A stretch of 64,000 nt of DNA from contig JADKHO010000002.1 in assembly GCA_016721765.1 (NCBI GenBank), positions 151,616 through 215,615 on the forward strand, in the 5' to 3' direction. This DNA comes from Bacteroidota bacterium. GTDB lineage: Bacteria; Bacteroidota; Bacteroidia; UBA4408. The notes under the pieces were generated by a model that had not been told where the DNA came from, searched no databases, and saw only the letters and a program-made list of their open reading frames with translations. How positions within the stretch are numbered: position 1 is the first letter of the stretch; every line of letters starts with the position of its first letter. Both the position numbers and the translations under genes were made by a program. This document shows, piece by piece, positions 44,216 to 54,869 of this stretch.

Positions 44216-46324
44216 TTTACAATTCTTCCTATAAACCAATGAGGAATCATACAAATGGCTAGGGTTAATAGTTGTGCTGTCAACACTTCCGTCACCAAAA
44301 TCCCACAAAAAGGAACTTCCACCCAGGTTATTGGAAACAAAATCCACAGCGTAATTAAGGCTCGAAAAACTAAAATCTGACACAGCAAGTGGAATTACGG
44401 TAATTGAGGCAGTATCATAACTCGCACAACCACTTTTTTTCACCGAAACTACTATTGGCGTACTTGCAGTACCTAAAAAATAAGGATTAAAACTGCTGCT
44501 GCTTGAAAACATAGTTGTCGGTTTCCAACTGTAAACCGCACCAAAAATACTATCCGTTTCAACTTGCAAAATCGAATTGGCACAAATCGTAGTATCGCTG
44601 CCGGCATCCACAGGCAATGGTAAAACTGTAATTTTTACTGTATCGCTAAGGCTGCATCCATGAAAAGTTGCTCTGGCAATATAGGTGCTGCTCATGCGTG
44701 GCGATGCACTTATGGAAGTATAAAAGTTTGGCAATGCAATGGTATCCTTATCTGTCCACCAAGTAATTTGCGCATTGGAGCCCACACTACAAGAAGAAAC
44801 AATTTGAACATTTGTTCCACAAGCCAAGGTATCATTGCCATTTAAGGCAATTGAAAAGGTAAAAGGCGAATTCACAATTGTGCCAATTCTTGCGAAGTAA
44901 TAATTTCCACTCGCAGAACCGCTTAATGTATTCGGGTACAAAGTTACCACAGCATTCTGTGCATAGCCTGAAACATAAGCTTCATTATTTGCACCAAGTG
45001 CACAACTGAAATTTATACCCGTCCCGGTTCCGGTGGTACTTGCAGCCCTCAGCCAATCAACTGTTCCCGATGTGTCGTACTGAACAATATAACTTCGGTT
45101 AGAACAACAGGCTCCATACTGACCAAAACTCAGTTGGTTGGTGAAAGTTTGCCCGGTAATTAATATTTTATCTTTATTCAAATCCATTTCCATTGGATAA
45201 GGATAAAAGGCATCTATTTTACCTGTTTTCAAATATTGCAATTTACCGGTTGATGTATATTTAGCTAAATAATTGGAGGTCGAATTAAGTGTTCGGATGG
45301 TATCGGCACCAAAAATAACATAGCCATCAAAATAGCCACCGGCATAAGTATTTCCGGCATCATCCACAACAATTGCAAAAGGCCCAACATTCGGTCCGCT
45401 TGGATAATAAGTTTCTATACTTTGCAACCATTGTTCATTTCCGGAATTATCATATCGTGCAACAAATCCATGGTAACCATTGGTATTGATTATAAATGTA
45501 TGCGTGAATGAACCGAAATGAAAAACCGAATTGCTGCCATTTTCTGTTCCAGTAATCGAAACATTTCCAATCGAATCGGCTGCTATATCATATGCTGAAT
45601 CATCCTTATTGGCAGTACCACAATTCCTTATCCAACGCACACTTCCAAGTGAATCAAGACTTACTGTAAACACATCGTAATACCCATTTAAAGGTGAAAA
45701 TTGTTGAGCATTTACAGTTATGCTATCCAATTCAAAATAAGTGCCTTGTCCATTAACAACAAAATATACATTTCCTGAACCATCGGTTGTTACAGCAGTT
45801 GCTAAATCTTGGTAACTATGTCCTGTATTTGCAGTGCGTGTACCACAAGATTTTAAAAATTTTGAATTTCCATAAGCATCTACAGCAACTACAAATGCTT
45901 CTTGATAACTATCCGCACTGATAACGGTATCAGTTCCTGAAATTAAAGTATCCTGGGTATAGTTTCCACAGAAATAGATGTTTCCATTTTTGTCAACATG
46001 CATATCCCATAGGCGGGTTGGAGTTACACCACCATAGGATTTCAAACCCAAAACATTAAACATGCGCACTAAATTAAAATTTGTGTCTAACACGGCGGCG
46101 TACACGGTGGCGGCATCCCCTAAGTTGGCATTTAAAATTTGACCATCAATAGTAGTAGAGGCACCATAATAGACCCCTCCAACAACCAAATAAGGAGCAT
46201 AATCTGCACGAATCCATTTATTTCCTCCAGGTCCGCTTACAAATTTATTCACGCCAATACAAGTTTGAGCCTGATTGTCAAGGTATACAAACAGGAAAAC
46301 AAAGCAGAGTATTTTTTTTATCAT
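44213..46324 (-). CDS. secreted SBBP beta-propeller repeat protein with C-terminal PKD domain (truncated)
   Basis: 703-aa ORF with signal peptide. Repeated GN(I/V/T)Y(F/A) propeller motifs. The PKD motif WDFGDGS..T.NPSHLY is cut short by a stop 12 codons later. Confidence 0.7.
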   Translation of the reverse strand: MIKKILCFVFLFVYLDNQAQTCIGVNKFVSGPGGNKWIRADYAPYLVVGGVYYGASTTIDGQILNANLGDAATVYAAVLDTNFNLVRMFNVLGLKSYGGVTPTRLWDMHVDKNGNIYFCGNYTQDTLISGTDTVISADSYQEAFVVAVDAYGNSKFLKSCGTRTANTGHSYQDLATAVTTDGSGNVYFVVNGQGTYFELDSITVNAQQFSPLNGYYDVFTVSLDSLGSVRWIRNCGTANKDDSAYDIAADSIGNVSITGTENGSNSVFHFGSFTHTFIINTNGYHGFVARYDNSGNEQWLQSIETYYPSGPNVGPFAIVVDDAGNTYAGGYFDGYVIFGADTIRTLNSTSNYLAKYTSTGKLQYLKTGKIDAFYPYPMEMDLNKDKILITGQTFTNQLSFGQYGACCSNRSYIVQYDTSGTVDWLRAASTTGTGTGINFSCALGANNEAYVSGYAQNAVVTLYPNTLSGSASGNYYFARIGTIVNSPFTFSIALNGNDTLACGTNVQIVSSCSVGSNAQITWWTDKDTIALPNFYTSISASPRMSSTYIARATFHGCSLSDTVKITVLPLPVDAGSDTTICANSILQVETDSIFGAVYSWKPTTMFSSSSSFNPYFLGTASTPIVVSVKKSGCASYDTASITVIPLAVSDFSFSSLNYAVDFVSNNLGGSSFLWDFGDGSVDSTTINPSHLYDSSLVYRKNCK

Positions 46325-46360
46325 TAAACTGAAATTACTTGTTCGGGAATGAATACTTTA

Positions 46361-47083
46361 CTAACGCAAGCGTTCCTTATTGATTTCATCCTTCACCAAA
46401 GATAGGTCATTTATAATGGTGATTACATAGTCGAGTTGTTGTTGCCTATCTAAATCACTGTTATCCAATACTATTGCATCCGCTGCTTGTACCAAAGGAT
46501 TTTCTTTGCGGTGGGTATCGCTGTAATCGCGTTTTTGCAAATTTTCGCGCACTTCTTGATGGCTCACCTGGTTTCCTTTTGAGGTCATTTCATCATAGCG
46601 ACGTTGTACCCGAACTTCAATATCGGCTGTCATAAACAATTTAAGTTCAGCATCCGGAAAAACTGCTGTTCCAATATCACGGCCTTCCATTACCACCCCT
46701 TTATTTTTACCCATTTCCTTTTGGAGATGAATCATTTTCTCACGCACTTTCTTTAAAGTACTGATTTTGCTTACATTATTCGAAACTTCCATCTGCCTGA
46801 TTTCTGTTTCAACATTCTCCTCATTCAAATAGGTTTCTGAAAATCGGAGCGCTTTATTATAGCGGAAGCTTAAATTTATTAATGGCAAGGAATCAATAAT
46901 TTTGCTTTCCTCAATTTTGCCGCTTTTGCTGATCCATTTATTGCGCAAAAAAAAGAGCGTTGCCGCTCGATACATTGCCCCTGAATCCACATAACTATAG
47001 CCCAATTTGGCTGCCAATGCTTTAGCCAATGTGCTTTTTCCGCAGGATGAATATCCGTCAATCGCAATCGTAATTTGTTTCAT
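46361..47083 (-). CDS. cmk: (d)CMP kinase
   Basis: Start moved to the internal ATG giving MKQITIAIDGYSSCGKSTLAKALA (P-loop). The track ORF extends 28 codons upstream. Confidence 0.85.
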   Translation of the reverse strand: MKQITIAIDGYSSCGKSTLAKALAAKLGYSYVDSGAMYRAATLFFLRNKWISKSGKIEESKIIDSLPLINLSFRYNKALRFSETYLNEENVETEIRQMEVSNNVSKISTLKKVREKMIHLQKEMGKNKGVVMEGRDIGTAVFPDAELKLFMTADIEVRVQRRYDEMTSKGNQVSHQEVRENLQKRDYSDTHRKENPLVQAADAIVLDNSDLDRQQQLDYVITIINDLSLVKDEINKERLR

Positions 47084-47215
47084 AAGCCGAAAATTGCTTT
47101 TAAGCTGCCATCCAGTAATACCACCCGACACCTCGATTTCTTCTGCTATGTCTGCATTAGGAAGCATGTATTTTTCTTTTAGTATTAATTCATCTTGTTT
47201 TAATACGCCACAAAG

Positions 47216-48298
47216 TTAAGGACTTGTTGATGCTTTACGAATAAATTCCGAAAATTTTGTAGAGATTGAAAATGTGTTAGACAATCCGCCCAAATGGTAG
47301 GATGCAACCCCATAACTAATGTGAAATTTGGATATTTTAATTCCGGCACCAAAAGAAAATCCGGCAATACCGCCACGACTTTCTTCCTTTAACTCTTTTC
47401 GCCTACGGTAATTAAACCCTGCACGTATATTGAAATTTTTAGTAATTAAAAACTCTGCTCCAATTACGCTGTGCAGCAATAGCTTATCAAAAAAATAATT
47501 CTTGTTTTTAGAAGTACTTGCATCTGCTCCTCCTAAGCTTTGCGAACTCTGTTTAATCGCAGCAGAATCGACATAGCGCAAATTCCATTTTTCGAGATGC
47601 TCCCCAGCCAAGGAAAGCCTTAAGGGAACATGTTTTAATCGGATAGATGCTGCTGCTTGAATTTCAAATGGCAATTTTTCCTTTGTCTCATTGTATCGCG
47701 TTAACTGACTGCCAATATTCTTAATTGCAAGGGCAGCTGTAAAGTTCTTTGCTGGGTTATGATAAGTACCCGCCACATCAGCCGCAAGTCCAAATGAATT
47801 AAATGTATCCAATTGAGAATAAATGGCTTTTAAATTGGCTCCAATCGAAAAGGAAGAATCCAATTGACGGCCATAACCGGTAAAAAAAGCATATTCTGCA
47901 GCATGAAATGTCCCAGTTTCCTGTGATGTTGCATCGGCACCGGTAAAACTTCCATAGTTTATGTAGTGAATTCCGAAATCCAACATACCGGATTTCTTTA
48001 ATTTCAAGCCATAAGCCATTGATCCAAATTTAATTCCGGCCAAATAACTCGAGAAATTGAGCGCGAGGGTTTTATTCATCCCCTCATTTAGTAAGGAAGG
48101 ATTATAAAAGGCAAGATTCAAATCATTGTCCTTAACTGCCAATAGATTACCGCCTAAGGCTGAAACCCGCGCAGAGGGAACTAAATTCAAAAATTCGTAG
48201 GTATTGTTGCCGCCAACTTGAGCATTTGTGGAATGCACCCGGCAAACCAAAAATGATAATAGTGCAATTATAACTTTGTTCGTAAAAAGTTGCTTCAT
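47216..48298 (-). CDS. porQ: type IX secretion system protein PorQ
   Basis: 360-aa ORF. Signal peptide, then GGNNTYEFLNLVPSARVSALGGN, typical of PorQ. Beta-barrel-like body. Adjacent to cmk, as I recall for PorQ in related genomes. Confidence 0.7.
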   Translation of the reverse strand: MKQLFTNKVIIALLSFLVCRVHSTNAQVGGNNTYEFLNLVPSARVSALGGNLLAVKDNDLNLAFYNPSLLNEGMNKTLALNFSSYLAGIKFGSMAYGLKLKKSGMLDFGIHYINYGSFTGADATSQETGTFHAAEYAFFTGYGRQLDSSFSIGANLKAIYSQLDTFNSFGLAADVAGTYHNPAKNFTAALAIKNIGSQLTRYNETKEKLPFEIQAAASIRLKHVPLRLSLAGEHLEKWNLRYVDSAAIKQSSQSLGGADASTSKNKNYFFDKLLLHSVIGAEFLITKNFNIRAGFNYRRRKELKEESRGGIAGFSFGAGIKISKFHISYGVASYHLGGLSNTFSISTKFSEFIRKASTSP

Positions 48299-48410
48299 TA
48301 GATTGGATTACAAATTAAATAAATGTTTTGCAATTCAACGAATATGCAGCTGTTTTATTGTTTCTAAATTCTAATACTTTGGTTTTATTGATATCCTGGA
48401 AATTAAAAAA

Positions 48411-48515
48411 TTAAGCCGGAGGCTTGAGAATAGCTTACGCTCGCTGGAAGCGAGCGAATTAGTGTCGCAAACGCTCGCATCTTGCGAGCGTTTTTTATTT
48501 TAAAGGCATCTTGCC
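48411..48515 (+). repeat. REP-type unit (solo copy upstream of the RAYT gene)
   Basis: Three hairpins: AAGCCGGAGGCTT, CGCTCGCTGGAAGCGAGCG and ACGCTCGCATCTTGCGAGCGT followed by a T-run. Ends in GCCTGCA, like the last unit of the downstream array. Confidence 0.85.
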
Positions 48516-48610
48516 TGCAGTTTTTTATTATAAAACATATTGATTATTAATGGATGATTTTTAATAAAGCATTTTTAAAAAGGCGTTGTATGGCTTAAGT
48601 TTGATTTAAT

Positions 48611-49144
48611 ATGTCAGAATTTAGAAAAACATACCCTCACGAAATTTATTTTATTACCCTCACTGTTGTAGGATGGATTGACGTTTTTACAAGAAAAAGA
48701 TATGCCGAAATTGTTATTGAAAATTTGATTTATTGTCAACAAAAAGAAGGATTAAAAATCTTTGCTTATGTCTTAATGAGCAATCATTTACACTTGATAG
48801 TAAACCGTGAAAGTGAAAAAAATTTGACTGAATTGCTGGGTCGATTCAAAAGTTTTACAGCAAAGGAAATCTTAAAATCCATTGCTTCCACTTCTGAAGA
48901 AAGTAGAAAGGAATGGCTACTATATTTATTTGCTTTTTTTGCAAAGAAAAATAAACAATACCACAAATACCATTTTTGGCAGTATACCAATTATCCAGTT
49001 TTACTGGATAGTACTGCAATTATAGAACAAAAAATAAATTATATTCATGAAAATCCAGTAAAAGCTGGGAAAGTAACTGATGAGTCTTACTATGTTTATT
49101 CGAGTGCTAATCCGGATGGGCCTATTTTAATTGATGAATTATGA
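48611..49144 (+). CDS. REP-associated tyrosine transposase (RAYT; IS200/IS605 Y1 HUH family)
   Basis: 177-aa ORF. HUH motif in VLMSNHLHLIV and catalytic-Tyr region INYIHENPVKAG. Flanked by REP-type units. Confidence 0.8.
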   Translation: MSEFRKTYPHEIYFITLTVVGWIDVFTRKRYAEIVIENLIYCQQKEGLKIFAYVLMSNHLHLIVNRESEKNLTELLGRFKSFTAKEILKSIASTSEESRKEWLLYLFAFFAKKNKQYHKYHFWQYTNYPVLLDSTAIIEQKINYIHENPVKAGKVTDESYYVYSSANPDGPILIDEL

Positions 49145-49150
49145 ATTAAA

Positions 49151-49753
49151 AAAAGCCGGAGGCTTGGGAATAGCTTACGCTCGCTGGAAGCGAGCGAATT
49201 TAGGTTACAGACGCTCGCATCTTGCGAGCGTTTTTTATTTTAAAGGCATCTTGCCGAAAGGATTATTAATAAAATTAAGCCGGAGGCTTGGAAATAGCTT
49301 ACGCTCGTTTGAAGCGAGCGAATTAGTGTTGCAGACGCTCGCATCTTGCGAGCGTTTTTTATTTTAAAGGCATCTTGCCGAAAGGATTATTAATAAAATT
49401 AAGCCGGAGGCTTGGAAATAGCTTACGCTCGTTTGAAGCGAGCGAATTAGTGTTGCAGACGCTCGAATCTTGCGAGCGTTTTTTATTTTAAAGGCATCCT
49501 GCCGAAAGGATTATTAATAAAATTAAGCCAGAGGCTTGGGAATAGCTTACACTCGCTGGAAGCGAGCGAATTAGTATTGCAGACGCTCGCATCTTGCGAG
49601 CGTTTTTTATTTTAAAGGCATCTTGCAGAAAGGATTATTGATAAAATTAAGCCGGAGGCTTGGGAATAGCTTACGCTCGCTGGAAGCGAGCGAATTAGTG
49701 TCTCGCAAACGCTCGCATCTTGCGAGCGTTTTATATTTTAAAGGCATCTTGCC
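49151..49753 (+). repeat. REP-type tandem array, five units with exact 124-bp period
   Basis: AAGCC unit starts are at 49153, 49277, 49401, 49525 and 49649. Each unit carries three GC-rich hairpins, the last with a T-run. The array starts 8 nt after the RAYT stop. Confidence 0.9.
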
Positions 49754-49771
49754 TGCATTTTAGAAATTAAA

Positions 49772-52279
49772 CTAGCTTACCTTTACTTTCTCTTTCTTCA
49801 CTTCCTGCTCAGATTTCTTCGCAAAATCAATCGGATTTTTTACTTTTTCTTCCAATAAAGCCAATTGAATTACTTCCTTCATTTCTTTTACATAATGAAA
49901 AGTTAAATCCGAGATATAGGAAGCATTTATTTCTTGAATATCCTTTTTGTTTTCTTGAGAAAGAATAATTTCTTTAATATTTGCGCGTTTTGCAGCTAGT
50001 ATTTTTTCTTTTATACCTCCCACCGGTAATACTTTTCCGCGCAAGGTAATTTCGCCGGTCATGGCCAGGTGATTTTTTACTTTTCTTTGCGTAAAGGCCG
50101 ATGCTAAGGCTGTAAGCATAGTAATCCCGGCAGATGGACCATCTTTGGGTGTGGCACCTTCCGGAACATGCACATGTATATTCCATTCGTCAAAAACGTG
50201 CGAAGCAATTCCAAAATCATCGCAGTGCGATTTTAAATATTCGAGCGCAATAACTGCCGATTCCTTCATCACATCTCCCAAATTACCTGTCAGTGTTAGC
50301 TTACCGCCTCCCTTGCCTTTACTTAAACTAACTTCAATAAATAAAATATCGCCACCAACAGCTGTCCAAGCTAGGCCTGTAACTACACCTGCCACTTCGT
50401 TATCTTGGTATTTATCTTTGTGAAAAAATTCCGGACCGAGGAATTTTTTAATGTCCTCAATACTTAATTTTGTGTTGTACTTTTCCTTCATTGCAATTGC
50501 TTTGGCAACATTGCGCACCACTTTTGCAATTTGCTTTTCCAAGCTACGTACCCCTGACTCACGAGTATAATCTTCAATTATTTTTTCAAGCACTTTATCC
50601 TCTAACTGCACTTGATTTTTCTTTATACCATGTTCTTCCAATTGCTTAGGAACCAAGTGTCGCTTGGCTATTTCTACTTTTTCTTCGATGGTATATCCGG
50701 TCACATCAATAATTTCCAAACGATCGCGCAAAGCCGGTTGTATGGTGCTTAACGAATTAGCTGTGGCAATAAACATCACATTACTTAAGTCATAATCCAT
50801 CTCCACAAAATTGTCGTAAAATGCATTGTTCTGCTCCGGGTCAAGCACTTCTAATAAAGCCGATGAAGGATCTCCATGAAAATGGTTGCCCACTTTATCA
50901 ATCTCATCTAAAATAAATACAGGGTTGGAAGATTTTGCTTTTTTAATATTTTGTAAAATTCTACCCGGCATGGCGCCGATATAGGTTTTACGATGTCCGC
51001 GAATTTCAGCTTCATCGCGCAGACCTCCTAAACTCATGCGTACAAATTTACGCCCTAATGCACTTGCAATCGATTTACCCAATGAAGTCTTTCCTACACC
51101 GGGAGGTCCATACAAGCATAGTATCGGCGATTTCATATTGCCTTTTAATTTCAATACGGCCAAATGCTCTAAAATACGGTCTTTCACTTTATCTAAACCA
51201 TAATGGTCATCGTCCAATATTTTTTTTGCTTTGCGCAGATCAAATTTGTCTTTGGTGTATTCTCCCCACGGCAAGTCAAGCAAGAGCTCGAGGTAATTCA
51301 TTTGAACTGAATATTCAGCTGCATTGGGATGAATGCGCTTCATTTTTTCGAGTTCCTTTTTAAATGTGGCTTCAACTTCTTTGCTCCACTTTTTCTTCTT
51401 GGCTTTTTCCTCCATCTCCTTCACCCCTTCATCCACAGGATTTCCACCCAATTCTTCTTGAATTGTTTTGAGTTGTTGGTTCAAAAAATAATCGCGTTGT
51501 TGCTTGTCTAAATCAGTTTTTACTTTGGATTGAATTTGATTTTTAAGTTCTAACATTTGCAGTTCCTTAGTTAAAAAACCAAGCACTAAAGTTGCACGTT
51601 CGGTTAAATCCGAAACCTCCATTATCTTTTGCTTATCGGCAACGGTAGCATTCATGTTGCTCGAAATAAAATTGATTAAGAAAGATGGACTTTCAATGTT
51701 CTTGATAGCAAAAGCTGCTTCGGAAGGAATTTGCGGCGATTGTTTAATAATTTGTAAAGCCAAATCCTTTAAGGAACTATATAAGGCATCAAATTCCTTA
51801 TCTCCCTTTTTGGGTTTATGCTCTACAAAGGGTGTAACCGAAGCTTTTAAGTAAGGGTCGGTTTGCGTAATTTCATTTAATTGAAAACGTTTCTTTCCTT
51901 GAATAATAACTGTAGTGTTGCCATCAGGCATGCGTAACATTCGAATAATAAATGCAACTGTTCCAATTTTATTCAGCTCATCAAAGCTGGGATCCTCAAT
52001 CTTATCGTCCTTTTGCGAAACTACACCAATTGTTTTGTCGCCTTTGTAAGCATCCTTAATCAATTTAATTGATTTATCACGGCCTACTGTAATTGGAATC
52101 ACTACACCCGGAAATAAAACAGTATTGCGCAAAGGCAGTATGGATAAAACTTCCGGAGTTTGCTCCGAATTCATTTGTTCCTCATCTTCTGAAGTTAAAA
52201 GTGGAATAAAATCATTGTCACTTTCATCGTCAATAAGGTTGTTCAATTGAATATTTTTAAATTCGAAATTATCGTTCAT
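49772..52279 (-). CDS. lon: ATP-dependent endopeptidase La (Lon protease)
   Basis: 835-aa ORF. Lon N-domain, Walker [10 protein letters not shown], and protease motif PKDGPSAG. Confidence 0.95.
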   Translation of the reverse strand: MNDNFEFKNIQLNNLIDDESDNDFIPLLTSEDEEQMNSEQTPEVLSILPLRNTVLFPGVVIPITVGRDKSIKLIKDAYKGDKTIGVVSQKDDKIEDPSFDELNKIGTVAFIIRMLRMPDGNTTVIIQGKKRFQLNEITQTDPYLKASVTPFVEHKPKKGDKEFDALYSSLKDLALQIIKQSPQIPSEAAFAIKNIESPSFLINFISSNMNATVADKQKIMEVSDLTERATLVLGFLTKELQMLELKNQIQSKVKTDLDKQQRDYFLNQQLKTIQEELGGNPVDEGVKEMEEKAKKKKWSKEVEATFKKELEKMKRIHPNAAEYSVQMNYLELLLDLPWGEYTKDKFDLRKAKKILDDDHYGLDKVKDRILEHLAVLKLKGNMKSPILCLYGPPGVGKTSLGKSIASALGRKFVRMSLGGLRDEAEIRGHRKTYIGAMPGRILQNIKKAKSSNPVFILDEIDKVGNHFHGDPSSALLEVLDPEQNNAFYDNFVEMDYDLSNVMFIATANSLSTIQPALRDRLEIIDVTGYTIEEKVEIAKRHLVPKQLEEHGIKKNQVQLEDKVLEKIIEDYTRESGVRSLEKQIAKVVRNVAKAIAMKEKYNTKLSIEDIKKFLGPEFFHKDKYQDNEVAGVVTGLAWTAVGGDILFIEVSLSKGKGGGKLTLTGNLGDVMKESAVIALEYLKSHCDDFGIASHVFDEWNIHVHVPEGATPKDGPSAGITMLTALASAFTQRKVKNHLAMTGEITLRGKVLPVGGIKEKILAAKRANIKEIILSQENKKDIQEINASYISDLTFHYVKEMKEVIQLALLEEKVKNPIDFAKKSEQEVKKEKVKVS

Positions 52280-52378
52280 AAGGTATAAGTCAGAATGTCA
52301 GAAAATAAAATTAGTAAAACCCCTCCTTCCCAAACCAATGCGTATGTCAAGCAATTTAAACAGGGGAACTAGTCATAT

Positions 52379-52394
52379 GGCAAGGGCTATGCCA
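52379..52394 (-). promoter_or_regulatory. sigma-54-type -24/-12 element TGGCATAGCCCTTGCC upstream of lon
   Basis: The reverse complement reads TGGCAT-N5-TTGC with exact consensus spacing, about 100 nt upstream of the lon ATG. Confidence 0.4.
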
Positions 52395-52518
52395 AGTTCA
52401 AAATGTCAGTCTAAGGTACAAAAAAGCAACAATACAACCTTCACACTAAAAAAATAAAATGCATTTTAAAAACAGCGCAGTAAAGCACCGTAAGATAGAA
52501 AAATGAATACACTAAATT

Positions 52519-53484
52519 TTATTTCAGCAATTCTTGAATTATTGCATCGGTGGTAATACCATCTGCATCAGCTTTATAATTGCGCACAATTCGATGGCGC
52601 AATATAGCAGTGCTTACTGCACGAACATCTTCAATATCGGGCGAATATTTACCTTGAATCATCGCATGACATTTGGCACCTACAATAAGAAATTGAGAAG
52701 CCCTAGGCCCTGCTCCCCAGGTGAGATAATTGTTTACCGTTGCTGAAGCAAGCTCTGAATTGGGGCGCGTTTTAATGGCAAGCTTTACAGCATACTCCAT
52801 CACATTTTCAGGCACAGGGATTCTGCGCACCAAGTCTTGAAAGAATATTATTTGCTTGTCGTCCATTACCTTATTTAAGGTGACATTTCTGTCGGAGGTG
52901 GTGTTTTTTACAACTTGCAACTCCTCTGTATAACTCGGATAATCGAGCCACACATTAAACATAAATCGGTCTAATTGTGCTTCCGGCAAAGGATAGGTAC
53001 CTTCTTGTTCAATTGGGTTTTGGGTTGCTAAAACAAAGAATGGATTTCCCAATTCATAGCGCTTTCCGGCTGCAGTAACAGCCCGTTCTTGCATTGCCTC
53101 CAGCAACGAGGATTGTGTTTTAGGAGGAGTACGATTTATCTCATCAGCTAATATAATATTGGCAAATAAAGGTCCTTTTATAAATCTAAAATTACGACTC
53201 TCGTCTAAAATTTCTGAGCCAATAATATCCGAAGGCATTAAATCCGGTGTAAACTGAATGCGGCTAAACTGCAAGCCCAATGCCTCGGCAATAGTGTTTA
53301 CCAATAAAGTTTTAGCCAATCCGGGTACCCCAACTAACAAGCAATGTCCACGGCTAAAAATAGAGATTAGTACATCTCTTATTACTTCGTTTTGTCCGAT
53401 AATTACTTTTCCTATTTCGCTGTTCAACTCTTTGTATTTTCCAACAAAAAAATCTACTGCTTCTACTTCTGATTTGAATTGCAT
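52519..53484 (-). CDS. MoxR-family AAA+ ATPase
   Basis: 321-aa ORF. GVPGLAKT Walker A, ADEINR Walker B, and VLATQNP. Confidence 0.85.
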   Translation of the reverse strand: MQFKSEVEAVDFFVGKYKELNSEIGKVIIGQNEVIRDVLISIFSRGHCLLVGVPGLAKTLLVNTIAEALGLQFSRIQFTPDLMPSDIIGSEILDESRNFRFIKGPLFANIILADEINRTPPKTQSSLLEAMQERAVTAAGKRYELGNPFFVLATQNPIEQEGTYPLPEAQLDRFMFNVWLDYPSYTEELQVVKNTTSDRNVTLNKVMDDKQIIFFQDLVRRIPVPENVMEYAVKLAIKTRPNSELASATVNNYLTWGAGPRASQFLIVGAKCHAMIQGKYSPDIEDVRAVSTAILRHRIVRNYKADADGITTDAIIQELLK

Positions 53485-53503
53485 AATTTATTTTCTCTAC
53501 GAA

Positions 53504-54859
53504 TTATTCTGCTTTATTAACTGTAAACCAATCATGTTTAAAATTACAAGATTTGTATTCCTCATCAATTTTCACAAATGTGGTTTTTAATTTATTCTTG
53601 ATCCAAGTGTCGATTACTTTGTTTTGCTTTAAAGTTAATGCAATATTTTGCACGCGTTGGTAATCGTCTTTCATATTTGCACGATGTGGTTCGCTCCTGC
53701 TTTTTAAGTACAACAAGCGATATGCCTTTTTACCATCGGGCGTTTGCATAATTACCGGCTCTGAAATTTCACCCACTTTAAGTTTATCGATGGTGAAAAA
53801 AGTAGTTGGATCCAATTCAGCCGTTTCAAATTTAGATGAGCCTGTTTGTGGATTAGGAATAATACCACCATTATTCTTACTTTCAGAATCATCGCTAAAT
53901 TTAAAAGCAGCATCTGCAAAGTTCAGGGAATCCTTTAAAATTAACTGATGTACACTGTCACAAAAAATCTGAGCTTTTAATAAATCGGCTCCGGATGTTT
54001 TTGGAACCAACAAAATGTGGCGTACATTAATCAATTCACCTTTACGGTCAATGAGTTGAATAATGTGATATCCAAATTGTGATTCTACAATTTTAGACAC
54101 TTCTTTTCCTTTGAGTGTAAATGCTTCGGCAGCAAATTCAGGAACCAACTCATTGCGATTAAGCAAGCCAAGTTCACCCCCATTTCGAGCGGAACCTGGA
54201 TCTTCGGAATACAACACGGCTAAGGTTGAAAAGTCTTCTCCCTTTACAATACGCTCACGCATTTCGTTTAGTTTTTCCTTTACCCGTTGCTTTTCGGCTT
54301 CATTTATAGGTGGTTTTTTGGTGATTTGCCCTACTTCCACTTCTGAATTTAATAAGGGTAAACTATCCGGAGGTATGGAATTAAAATAGGCTCTAACATC
54401 AGCAGGTGTTACCTTTATATCGCTGGTAATTTTAGCTTGCATGCTTTTAGCCAACAAGAGTTTTTTAATATCCCCTCTAAAATCTTCTTTTATTTGTGAG
54501 ATGCTCTTTCCGTAATACTCTTCAAGCTTTTGCTCAGATCCAATTTGTTTGATAAAATAGTTGATGCGTTGCTCCAACTCTCCTTCCACTTGCGCTTCAG
54601 TTATTTCCACACTATCAAGAACCGCTTGATTAATCAATAGTTTTTGAAATAACAATTCCTCAATTACACTGCAACGGGTATCATCGTCTGCAGCATAGCC
54701 TTGCGTTACATATTGCTGATACTCATTATCCACGTCTGACTTTAAAATCAAATTAGATCCTACTACTGCAACAATCTTGTCAACAACCGTTTTACCTTGT
54801 CCGAATACATTACTTGCAATTAAAATTAATCCAACGACTGCTGCAAAACTTTTCTTCAT
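53504..54859 (-). CDS. SurA-type peptidyl-prolyl isomerase (parvulin domains)
   Basis: Start moved from TTG 54883 to ATG 54859, giving MKKSFAAVVGLILIASNVFGQ. SurA_N-like region plus parvulin motifs (FGYHIIQL). Confidence 0.8.
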   Translation of the reverse strand: MKKSFAAVVGLILIASNVFGQGKTVVDKIVAVVGSNLILKSDVDNEYQQYVTQGYAADDDTRCSVIEELLFQKLLINQAVLDSVEITEAQVEGELEQRINYFIKQIGSEQKLEEYYGKSISQIKEDFRGDIKKLLLAKSMQAKITSDIKVTPADVRAYFNSIPPDSLPLLNSEVEVGQITKKPPINEAEKQRVKEKLNEMRERIVKGEDFSTLAVLYSEDPGSARNGGELGLLNRNELVPEFAAEAFTLKGKEVSKIVESQFGYHIIQLIDRKGELINVRHILLVPKTSGADLLKAQIFCDSVHQLILKDSLNFADAAFKFSDDSESKNNGGIIPNPQTGSSKFETAELDPTTFFTIDKLKVGEISEPVIMQTPDGKKAYRLLYLKSRSEPHRANMKDDYQRVQNIALTLKQNKVIDTWIKNKLKTTFVKIDEEYKSCNFKHDWFTVNKAE

Positions 54860-54869
54860 GCGCTTTACT

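Noticed and set aside
44092-44388. 98-aa ORF as an independent gene
   Set aside because: Only its last ~40 residues look like protein (half of a sorting domain). The rest overlaps the SBBP/PKD gene out of frame. It is better explained as a frameshifted remnant.
49151-49753. CRISPR array or small ORF (49131..49367) in the 124-bp repeats
   Set aside because: The whole 124-bp unit repeats without variable spacers. The ORF is a read-through of repeat sequence. The adjacent gene is a RAYT-type transposase, which points to REP elements.
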